A stretch of DNA of 32,000 bases from Nitrosospira multiformis ATCC 25196 (GTDB lineage Bacteria; Pseudomonadota; Gammaproteobacteria; Burkholderiales; Nitrosomonadaceae). This document shows, one piece after another, positions 23,623 to 30,991 of the stretch. The translations under genes and the position numbers were made by a program. The stretch lies in NCBI RefSeq assembly GCF_000196355.1, contig NC_007614.1, positions 3,030,001-3,062,000 on the forward strand, written 5' to 3'. Each line of letters begins with the position of its first letter. Position 1 is the stretch's first letter. A model generated the notes under the pieces. The model did not search any database, was not told the DNA's origin, and was given only the letters and a program-made list of their open reading frames with translations.

Positions 23623-23719
23623 TGTTGCTACGTTTGATGAGGTGGCCCTACAGATGCGGTTGTCGGCAGAAGTGGGTGGTCATTAACCTGTGCCGTTTGC
23701 GTCAACCGCGATAGCGGAT

Positions 23720-24835
23720 TTACTCGGCGGCCGGAGGCAGGACGGGCGCCGGAAAGGAGGCGGCATCCTCCGGGGTGGCGCCGGCTGAGGCAGGTTCCTT
23801 GCCGCCCGGTATCCTGTACACCCAGTAGCCCCCGGTCTGGTAGATGAGCTGCACCGCGGTCAGGTCAAGCGGCATCGACTGGGTGAAGGGCAGCATCTGC
23901 GCAATCAGGGTCTGGTCGCTTTTGTCATCCTTGAGGAAGTAGCCGCGCACCAGCCTGTCCGAGAGGGATTGCAGGGTGTAGGTCTTGTAGTTGTTGTCCA
24001 GCACCCATCGCTTGAGATAGTCGACCATGCCATGCATGTTGCCTTCCATGGGGAAGTTGCGATAGGCAACGTCGAACCGCCCCGGACGCATGACGCCAAG
24101 CTTGTACAGGTCGGTGACATGAATGGCAAGATAGGCTTCGCGATCGCCCGCCAGTTCGCGCAGGATGGCAGCCCCCGCTTGAGGTTCGGCCATCAGGGCA
24201 TCGGCAAAGCGCTCGAATTTCTGCTCTTCTTCCCGTCCTGCCTTGCCGCCCCAGAAGTCGTCTTCGTATTTGCGGATGGCGTCAGCCTGCTTCTGCCACG
24301 GCGTCGGTATGACGAGGTAATCGGAGAACTGTCCGCTGAACAGGGTGTCGCGCTTCGAGAGAAGCTTGAGCTGGCGCGAGGTGTCCCACCAGCCAAGCAC
24401 CAGCGCATCCTTGCCCGCGTACTTGTCGATGGCGGCAGCCAGAGTGGCCAGTTCGTTGAGTTTGAGATCGGTCGTGAGCAGCAGCTCACTCGTGCGGTTT
24501 TCCCAGTCGAGCCTCACCTGCGGGCCATTGGCCTGACGTGCCGCATGCAGCACCGCCAGCGGCTGGGGAATGTCTTCGGCAAAGACTTCATACCGGGCAA
24601 TGGAAAGGTCCGGCCACTTGCCCAGTCCAAGCTGCGGGAATTTGTCTGCGCTGCCTTCTTCCGCCAGCTGGTAGCGGTAGGGGGCAGGCCCGGGATTGAA
24701 CCATGCCCAGGCAAACCACAGGAGCAAAAGAATTCCTCCCGCCACCAGGAGAATGCCCAGTGAGGGGAGGAGTTTAGAGCCAGGCCGCGCCCCCGGGGTG
24801 GGGGCAGCGGCGCGGCTGGAAGTTGAGGCTGTCAA
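23720..24835 (-). CDS. haoB: HaoB (orf2), the membrane-anchored protein encoded downstream of hydroxylamine oxidoreductase
   Basis: Position directly after haoA. N-terminal TM anchor 'LLPSLGILLVAGGILLLLWFAWAWF' followed by a soluble domain. The start codon is TTG (24833-24835). The assignment rests on conserved synteny in ammonia oxidisers. Confidence 0.75.
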   Translation of the reverse strand: MTASTSSRAAAPTPGARPGSKLLPSLGILLVAGGILLLLWFAWAWFNPGPAPYRYQLAEEGSADKFPQLGLGKWPDLSIARYEVFAEDIPQPLAVLHAARQANGPQVRLDWENRTSELLLTTDLKLNELATLAAAIDKYAGKDALVLGWWDTSRQLKLLSKRDTLFSGQFSDYLVIPTPWQKQADAIRKYEDDFWGGKAGREEEQKFERFADALMAEPQAGAAILRELAGDREAYLAIHVTDLYKLGVMRPGRFDVAYRNFPMEGNMHGMVDYLKRWVLDNNYKTYTLQSLSDRLVRGYFLKDDKSDQTLIAQMLPFTQSMPLDLTAVQLIYQTGGYWVYRIPGGKEPASAGATPEDAASFPAPVLPPAAE

Positions 24836-24867
24836 ACTTGTTATCTAACCTTCAGTGCTGATAGTGC

Positions 24868-26580
24868 TTACTGACGCTCGCTTTTCTCGCGCCGGCGCCA
24901 GCCTGCCAGGGCAAGCGTGCCAGCTAGCAGCATGCCGCCACCCAGACCGCCAAGCGAGAGCTTCTCGCTGCTGTCAAGGTCGAACAGGCTTGCCTTGCGC
25001 TTGGCCTCGAGCTTCGCTACCTTCGCCTGCAACGCCGCCATTTCACGGATCTTGGTGTTCTCGTCCATGACTTCGACGTAGTCGCGGTTCATCGGGCCCC
25101 AGCCTTCGGTATAGGTCCAGCCGCCCGGGTTGACGTGCGCCAGCCCTACGTGCAGTTTGGGAAGGTTGTTCTCTCCCATTTCCAGTACCTTGAGCTCGAT
25201 CGCAGCAGGGTTGTTGTCCTTGCTCCAGTAGAGCTGGGTGAAGCCTGCGAACATTTCCTTGTCGGGCGGCAGCGGCGTCGGACGGTTGGTCTTCTGGCCG
25301 GTCAGCAGCCCTTCCTTGTAGAGCTTCTCAGCCACCGCGTGCGCTTCCTTGTACTTGGCGATGCCGTGCAGCGTGCCCTTGTCCATGAATTCAAGATAGG
25401 AGCGGGCAAAACGCTCGGAGTGGCAGGAGGTGCAGGTCTTGACCCAGGAGTCAAGCCGCGCTTCCGACCATTCGCTGTTGATGTTCTCGGCTATGCCGGG
25501 AACCGCAGGGTAGTTGGCCCAGCGTATCTTCCTCACGACGTTGTGGCTGTACTTGCCTTCATATTCGAAGTGGCAGCCGGCACAGGTGGGCGCAGTCTGC
25601 CCGCCCTTGGTGTAGGCGTCCTTGAGCGGCGCATTCCAGTTCCACTTGTCCCCCATGATCGCTACGGTCTTGCCGTGCTTGCTCATGGAGTAGGCTTCCC
25701 AGTTGTTGTGGTCTACCCCGCTGTGGCAGGTGGCGCACGCTTCAGGATGACGCGACTCGGCAGCAGAGAATTCGTGCCGCGTGTGGCAGGAGTCGCATTT
25801 GTTCTGGTTGGTGTGGCACATGCTGCAGCCTTCGGCAATCTCGCGCTGCGGCATGGAGGCAAATACCGCTACTTCTACGTTGGCCTTCCAGTCCAGCGAG
25901 TGCGAGGGGCGTCCCTGCGGCCATTGCTTGTTCGGCCATACCAGCGTGTCGCGCTCGGATTCGCGTTCGGCAAATTCCTGCAGGTGGCAGGTGCCGCATA
26001 CGTCCGCCGTCGGCATCCGCAGATCCTTCATGTGGTCTGCCTTGTCCTTCTTGTTGATGTCAACGTGACAGTCGATGCATCCTACTTCCTTGAGCTTGTC
26101 GTTGGCCCCAAGCTTGCCCATCGAGCGAAGATTCTTCTCCACGTCTTCAAGCTTCGCCTTCTTGTAGTACGTCGGGTCTTCAGGCTTCAGGTTCCGGATC
26201 TTGTCCAGGTTCGCGTGCGTGCTCCGCTTCCACGCACTCACCCATACCGGCGATTCGTCCGTGTGGCATTTGACGCATTCCTCACGCGCCGCTACTTCCT
26301 TCATCGAGGTCGGCGGCTTGTAGTACGAGGCAGGGTCAAAGTACATGCTCATCGGGATCGGCTCCCAGTACTTCGCCAGCGTGCCGCGCCCCGCTCCCTG
26401 CGCAGGATCCTTGTATCGCTTCACCAGCGCCGAATGCAGTTCCTTCGGCGAGGCCGACTGCTCCAGCTTCAGCGCCTTATACGTCTCTTTGGGAACGCTG
26501 GGAAAGTTAGCCCACGTGGCGCCCGCAAACAGCACCCCACACGCAAGCGTAACCAGCCTCAGCCAAGGCTTCATTAACAT
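24868..26580 (-). CDS. haoA: Hydroxylamine oxidoreductase (octaheme, 570-aa precursor)
   Basis: Eight CXXCH motifs (CVKCH, CIDCH, CGTCH, CSMCH, CDSCH, CATCH, CAGCH, CTSCH). Long stretches match my memory of Nitrosomonas europaea HAO, for example '[28 protein letters not shown]', '[41 protein letters not shown]' and '[20 protein letters not shown]'. Signal peptide '[24 protein letters not shown]'. The ATG at 26580 has an AAAGGAGAG SD. The extension to 26679 in the ORF track is not credible. Confidence 0.97.
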   Translation of the reverse strand: MLMKPWLRLVTLACGVLFAGATWANFPSVPKETYKALKLEQSASPKELHSALVKRYKDPAQGAGRGTLAKYWEPIPMSMYFDPASYYKPPTSMKEVAAREECVKCHTDESPVWVSAWKRSTHANLDKIRNLKPEDPTYYKKAKLEDVEKNLRSMGKLGANDKLKEVGCIDCHVDINKKDKADHMKDLRMPTADVCGTCHLQEFAERESERDTLVWPNKQWPQGRPSHSLDWKANVEVAVFASMPQREIAEGCSMCHTNQNKCDSCHTRHEFSAAESRHPEACATCHSGVDHNNWEAYSMSKHGKTVAIMGDKWNWNAPLKDAYTKGGQTAPTCAGCHFEYEGKYSHNVVRKIRWANYPAVPGIAENINSEWSEARLDSWVKTCTSCHSERFARSYLEFMDKGTLHGIAKYKEAHAVAEKLYKEGLLTGQKTNRPTPLPPDKEMFAGFTQLYWSKDNNPAAIELKVLEMGENNLPKLHVGLAHVNPGGWTYTEGWGPMNRDYVEVMDENTKIREMAALQAKVAKLEAKRKASLFDLDSSEKLSLGGLGGGMLLAGTLALAGWRRREKSERQ

Positions 26581-26729
26581 CTGCTTCTCTCCTTTACTCC
26601 GTAATGATGTTGTTGTGTCTGGATACCGCGTCACCGCATCCATTCCGATACGGCCTTCCCTCGCGCTACACATATCCATGTCTCAGCCAAAATCCCGCGC
26701 AATTCCCGGGCCAGACTAAAACAGCGCGT

Positions 26730-26758
26730 AGCCTAACTGGACAGATACCCTGTGTCAA
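26730..26758 (-). promoter_or_regulatory. Candidate sigma70-type promoter for haoA
   Basis: On the minus strand: TTGACA (reverse complement of 26753-26758), a 17-nt spacer, then TAGGCT (reverse complement of 26730-26735). It lies about 150 nt upstream of the haoA ATG. This is a sequence match only. Confidence 0.3.
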
Positions 26759-26768
26759 GGAAATTGAG

Positions 26769-26793
26769 CATCGCGACGCCAGGCGCCGCGATG
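26769..26793 (-). terminator. GC-rich hairpin between the FNT gene and the hao promoter (possible terminator or attenuator)
   Basis: catcgcggcgcctggcgtcgcgatg on the minus strand forms an 11-bp stem (one G-U pair) with a 3-nt loop. It lies 17 nt after the FNT stop. The trailing sequence ctcaatttcc is only weakly T-rich. Confidence 0.4.
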
Positions 26794-26809
26794 TTTCGGA
26801 GATATTTCT

Positions 26810-27661
26810 TTAAGGCGCCGTGCGCGTCGCGCCGCTCACGGGCTTTTCTTCTGTGGTGGCAGGATAAGGAGCAGACTTATTGACGTAATGCAACACCATG
26901 CCCGTCAATACTGCCCCCCCCACGATATTACCGAGTGTTACCGGAACCTGGTTCCAGAACAGCCATTGTCCGACAGTGATGTCAGCGCCGAGAAGAATAG
27001 CCGTGGGCATGACAAACATGTTTACGATGGAGTGCTCGAAAGCCAAGGCGAAAAAGGTTGAAACCGGCAACCAGATAGCCACCACCTTGCCCGTGGCGGA
27101 TGTGGAAATCATGCCCAAGACGGTACCCATTGCCACCATCCAATTGCACAGTATGCCTTTGACGAAGGCGGTCAGCCAGCCGTTCGCGCCCGCGTGCTCA
27201 TACACCAGCGTTTTGGATTTGGCTACGGCGATGATCTTGTCTCCAAGCGCCCCATGTCCCTCGACGAACGCTTCAGTCAAGGCGATAGCGAGCAAAAACC
27301 CGACAAAGACACAACCGAAAAAATTACCGATATATACCCAGGTCCAGTTGCGGAACAGCTTATCCATTGTGGTTTTACCCCGCAGCACGCCGACGGGCAG
27401 CACTGCGAAATTGCCGGTGGCAAGCTCCATGCCAAGCAATATGATCATGGCAAAGCCGACCGGGAAGACGGCGCCTGAAACGAGTGCAGCAACGTTTTCA
27501 GGAAGACCGGCGGAAACCTTGAACGCGAGGGCGGTGCCGTACGCCAGAAGCGCGCCTGACATGAAGCCCTTGACCAACATCGTGCCCACGTCCAGTCCCG
27601 CCTTTTTCTTGCTGGCAGCTTCCACCTCTTCCATGAGTTTCAATGGCGGATGATAGTCCAT
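26810..27661 (-). CDS. Formate/nitrite transporter family channel (NirC/FocA-like, 283 aa)
   Basis: FNT hallmark segments 'LATGNFAV', 'FVKGILCNWMVAMG', 'FEHSIVNMF' and 'GNIVGGAVL'. Six TM segments. Confidence 0.9.
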   Translation of the reverse strand: MDYHPPLKLMEEVEAASKKKAGLDVGTMLVKGFMSGALLAYGTALAFKVSAGLPENVAALVSGAVFPVGFAMIILLGMELATGNFAVLPVGVLRGKTTMDKLFRNWTWVYIGNFFGCVFVGFLLAIALTEAFVEGHGALGDKIIAVAKSKTLVYEHAGANGWLTAFVKGILCNWMVAMGTVLGMISTSATGKVVAIWLPVSTFFALAFEHSIVNMFVMPTAILLGADITVGQWLFWNQVPVTLGNIVGGAVLTGMVLHYVNKSAPYPATTEEKPVSGATRTAP

Positions 27662-27698
27662 ACTTTTCTCTCAATTCTCCTAACGGAAAGTTTACGAT

Positions 27699-28322
27699 TT
27701 ATGCGAATGTTCGGTCTGACCCGCTTTGATCAGGTTTATCCGGGCCCACACCGCCACCTACTAGCAAAGTCCCGAGCCACCAAAAGAAAAGCAGCACCGA
27801 AGCTATGACCATATACCACCCGGCATTCTCCTGATCATTCACCAGGTAACTGTTGCAGACACGCACAGGTGCAACAATATATAACCATCCGAGTACCGCC
27901 AGCATACTGAAAAAATTGGTCCAGACAAAGCCCCGGCCAATAAGGGTGAGGCGCCTCCAGGCCAAAACCAGAGGAAATCCGACGAGAAATGGTAGGCTTA
28001 GGAATTTCGCCACTTCAGCCCATGGATCTGTCAATGCCGCATCCAGTGCCCGAGGAAGCATCCAGTAACTTGAAGCGAACAAGGCCGCTATTACACAAGG
28101 CCAAGCGCCACCGAACCGGATCAGAAGAGAATCCTGAATACGCCCGGGTACCAGTCGGGCAGCAATGATTCCGACTACTACAAGCAAAGGCATCTGCACC
28201 AGCATATGCCTGCTCATGGAAGCTTCCAGCCAGTCTCGTGCAATAGGTGTGGCAAGGAGCAGGTAGAACACTCCAAGCGCAAGCGCGCTTCTGCCGGAAT
28301 AATGAGATAGGGCTCCAATCAT
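27699..28322 (-). CDS. Polytopic membrane protein ('orf1' of the norSY-senC-orf1 cluster; CtaG_caa3-like oxidase assembly factor?)
   Basis: About six TM segments. Its ATG overlaps the senC stop (ATGA at 28319-28322), suggesting translational coupling. The function is inferred from cluster context only. Confidence 0.55.
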   Translation of the reverse strand: MIGALSHYSGRSALALGVFYLLLATPIARDWLEASMSRHMLVQMPLLVVVGIIAARLVPGRIQDSLLIRFGGAWPCVIAALFASSYWMLPRALDAALTDPWAEVAKFLSLPFLVGFPLVLAWRRLTLIGRGFVWTNFFSMLAVLGWLYIVAPVRVCNSYLVNDQENAGWYMVIASVLLFFWWLGTLLVGGGVGPDKPDQSGSDRTFA

Positions 28323-28933
28323 AGCAACGCTACGACTTGCTCGGCGAATGGGACCGCTTTATCGATATCGCTGATCAGCCTGAGTCTTCCATCCCGCCCG
28401 ACGAGATGAAGAGCGGTGTTATGCTCGAATCCGCCAAACTGGTCCGGTATCACGATAATGCCAAAGGCATCCAGCAGCGATTGAAGCTCCGCCTTGTCGC
28501 GTACTCTTGCGATACGCCAGATCTCGCCGTCAGCGCCATAGGCTTCGCCATACTTCTTCAAACTGGCGGGATCGTCGTGTTCAGGATCAAAGCTGATGCT
28601 AAGCAGGGCAAAATCGCGCCCTAACGACTCCTCTGGTATCAGGTCCCGAATCTGCTTGAAGATCATGCCCATGCTCCGACACAAGGTGGTGCAGCGCGTG
28701 AAGATGAAGTCTACCGCAAGCAACTTGCCCTGGTAATCTTTCAGGTGAAAGATTTTTCCGTTCTGATCTTCAAGTGTAACATCCGGCAGCGCACGCGGAG
28801 AGCGAAGTATTTCCACGCGCCTTGCCGTTTCGGCCGTAAATGCCGTGAACCCGTCAGTACCCCACCAAAAAACCCATGTGCCCAGCGAAGTCACCAGCGC
28901 TGAAATAAGTACGCTGCGTTTTGCCAGGCTCAT
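28319..28933 (-). CDS. senC: SCO1/SenC family copper chaperone (thioredoxin fold)
   Basis: N-terminal TM anchor, CxxxC copper-binding motif 'FTRCTTLCRSMG', and a distal conserved His ('FEHNTALHLV'). Confidence 0.85.
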   Translation of the reverse strand: MSLAKRSVLISALVTSLGTWVFWWGTDGFTAFTAETARRVEILRSPRALPDVTLEDQNGKIFHLKDYQGKLLAVDFIFTRCTTLCRSMGMIFKQIRDLIPEESLGRDFALLSISFDPEHDDPASLKKYGEAYGADGEIWRIARVRDKAELQSLLDAFGIIVIPDQFGGFEHNTALHLVGRDGRLRLISDIDKAVPFAEQVVALL

Positions 28934-28963
28934 GGGTTATATCACGCCCTTACCATGTAGGTG

Positions 28964-30451
28964 TCATGTAGCCATACTTCGCGCAAGAGAGGCGCGTTGA
29001 TAATCGCGACTCGCCAGCCCCAACCGCGTAAGAAAGCGGAAAATGAATACTAGCACAGAAGCGATCAACAACATTGCGAAATATGAAGCAATTTTGTCGT
29101 AAGGCACCCATTCCGGAAGATGTTCCGCATAGCGGCGCGCGGCGCTGATTTTCCCGGAATAGAGAAAGCTCATGGTGAAACCCATGGTGCCGATAACGAA
29201 TCCCCAGAAAGCAGCGACGTCAAGGGCGCTATCCGGCGCATTCTCGTTCGGCTTGCCAAGGTAATACATGAACCCGAAGACCATCGCAACCATGCCGAGC
29301 AACAGATAGGTATGGAAATGTCCCGGCACCCACAACGTGTTGTGCATGACATAGTTGACCGTGATGGTGCCGTCGATGAACGCGGGCATCGCGCCGACTG
29401 CCCAACCGAAGAGCGACACGAACAGCAGCCGTGAGCACATATCCCAGCGAATACCCGACCGGTACACGATCATCATGGCGCCATAACCCGTCACGATCAG
29501 GATCGGGAAGGTATTGAGATAACCGATGATGTGACCCATGATCAGGAACCACTTGGGATAGGCATAATCCATCAACAGGTGGTGCGGGAAGATGAACATG
29601 ACCATGATCGTGGAAGCGGTCCAGGAGGCAAGAAACACCTTGTTCGCCTTCCAGGGACGTTGCGTATAGCGCGGCAGGATTTCATAGACCGCGATCACAG
29701 CCATGTAGATAACGGCATTGATGAATACGTGTCCGAAGAAGTAGATCATGCCCTTGGCCAGCAGCGGATCGATTTCGAAAGTCGGGACGTAAACATTGAT
29801 CAGCATCATAACCAGGATGCTGGCGCCGACCACTAGGCCAATCAGGTTGACGATGGTGACCATGGTGCTGGCAACCACGGCCGGCGGCGGTGCGTTGCCG
29901 TCATCAGGACCGAAAAGCTGTGGCCAGCCAAGTCCGCGACCCAGACCGCCGTAGCGGCTGATGATGGCGCGCGCGATATCCAGATGCAGCAGCACGAAAC
30001 CGACGCCGATGACCAGCAATCCGCCCATGAACAGCGCGGCAGCTCCCGGACTCCACATGCCCATGGAAGTGGTGGGCAACGGAAAGAGGAAGGTCCAGGC
30101 GGCGTGGAAATCGCCAAGCAGGACACTCGCCAGGATCATGACGACCCCTGTCAGAAACAGGATCAGGTTGGCCATGAATATACCTGTCGACAGATCGACA
30201 TACTGGCGCAGAAAATGCCACATTATGGCCGCTCCGGCCAGGGCGACGATACCCACCATTCCGGCACCGTGCAACGTCATGATTTTATAAAACCAGAGTG
30301 CTCCGATGGAGATCATTTGCGCCTGCTCCATCCTCATGAGCAGGCCGAAAAGCATCATCAGTAGCAATACTACACAGGAGATGACCAGATAGGCCAGCAC
30401 GCCCGCCTTGGCTCCCTGATCGGGAACCGGGGTATAAGTATAAGTTGCCAT
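28964..30451 (-). CDS. norY: Heme-copper oxidase subunit I homologue (NorY of the proposed sNOR nitric-oxide reductase)
   Basis: Twelve-TM protein. All six canonical His ligands are recognisable: 'IMTLHGAGM', 'YFFGHVFINAVIY', 'FPHHLLMD' and 'VPGHFHTYLL'. There is no Tyr at His+4 in the CuB motif. Confidence 0.85.
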   Translation of the reverse strand: MATYTYTPVPDQGAKAGVLAYLVISCVVLLLMMLFGLLMRMEQAQMISIGALWFYKIMTLHGAGMVGIVALAGAAIMWHFLRQYVDLSTGIFMANLILFLTGVVMILASVLLGDFHAAWTFLFPLPTTSMGMWSPGAAALFMGGLLVIGVGFVLLHLDIARAIISRYGGLGRGLGWPQLFGPDDGNAPPPAVVASTMVTIVNLIGLVVGASILVMMLINVYVPTFEIDPLLAKGMIYFFGHVFINAVIYMAVIAVYEILPRYTQRPWKANKVFLASWTASTIMVMFIFPHHLLMDYAYPKWFLIMGHIIGYLNTFPILIVTGYGAMMIVYRSGIRWDMCSRLLFVSLFGWAVGAMPAFIDGTITVNYVMHNTLWVPGHFHTYLLLGMVAMVFGFMYYLGKPNENAPDSALDVAAFWGFVIGTMGFTMSFLYSGKISAARRYAEHLPEWVPYDKIASYFAMLLIASVLVFIFRFLTRLGLASRDYQRASLARSMAT

Positions 30452-30463
30452 GCTTATTCCTTT

Positions 30464-30991
30464 TTAAGATTTCCCAACTTTGATTTCGGTCATCATATTG
30501 TGGTGAGCAACACCGCAATACTCCATGCACAATACCCGGTAGGTACCCTCCTTGGGGAAGGTGATGTGGATTACGTTGGTGTAGCCGGGCATTGCCTGGG
30601 CCTGCGCAATCAGACGCAAGTCAGGATCATAAATGCCGAAGCCATGGTTCACGTCGGCGCTGGTGACACGAATGTCGACCGGTTGGTTGGGCTCGACCTG
30701 GTCCCGGTCCATTTCCCAGTACCACATATGACCGGTAACATTGATAACCTGGGTAGGACCGCTACTGGCCGCGGCCTTGGGACTGTAAGGCAAGCTCATC
30801 AGGTTGTAGATCATCGCCGGGAAGAATACAAACGCGACTGCCCAGAACAATTTGGTGCGAAAACTGTATGCACGCTTCACCAGCGGCCCATATTCTTCTT
30901 CGCGCTTTCCGGAATTGATGGCGACGAACACGACACCAAACGTGATCATCAGCATCAATACAAGGGAAACCTGCCACGCGGTTTCTTGCAT
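30464..30991 (-). CDS. norS: Heme-copper oxidase subunit II homologue with a CuA-type cupredoxin domain (NorS)
   Basis: Two N-terminal TM segments. CuA ligand pattern 'VNHGFGIYD...CMEYCGVAHHNM' (H...CxExCxxxHxxM). SD AAGGAGAA upstream. The gene ends 12 nt before norY. Confidence 0.8.
   Translation of the reverse strand: MQETAWQVSLVLMLMITFGVVFVAINSGKREEEYGPLVKRAYSFRTKLFWAVAFVFFPAMIYNLMSLPYSPKAAASSGPTQVINVTGHMWYWEMDRDQVEPNQPVDIRVTSADVNHGFGIYDPDLRLIAQAQAMPGYTNVIHITFPKEGTYRVLCMEYCGVAHHNMMTEIKVGKS

Noticed and set aside
23969-24763. 264-aa plus-strand ORF
   Set aside because: It is antisense to haoB. It has no motifs and its composition is biased toward Arg/Gly/Val.
25135-26577. 480-aa plus-strand ORF
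   Set aside because: It is antisense to haoA, which is unambiguous (eight CXXCH motifs). The translation is extremely Arg/Val/Leu-rich.
24868-26679. Longer haoA start (603 aa) given by the ORF track
   Set aside because: The extra 33 aa ('[12 protein letters not shown]...') precede a strong SD plus an ATG (26580) that begins a textbook signal peptide. The 570-aa length also matches the known HAO precursor size.
26898-27653. 251-aa plus-strand ORF
   Set aside because: It is antisense to the FNT channel gene, which has clear family motifs.
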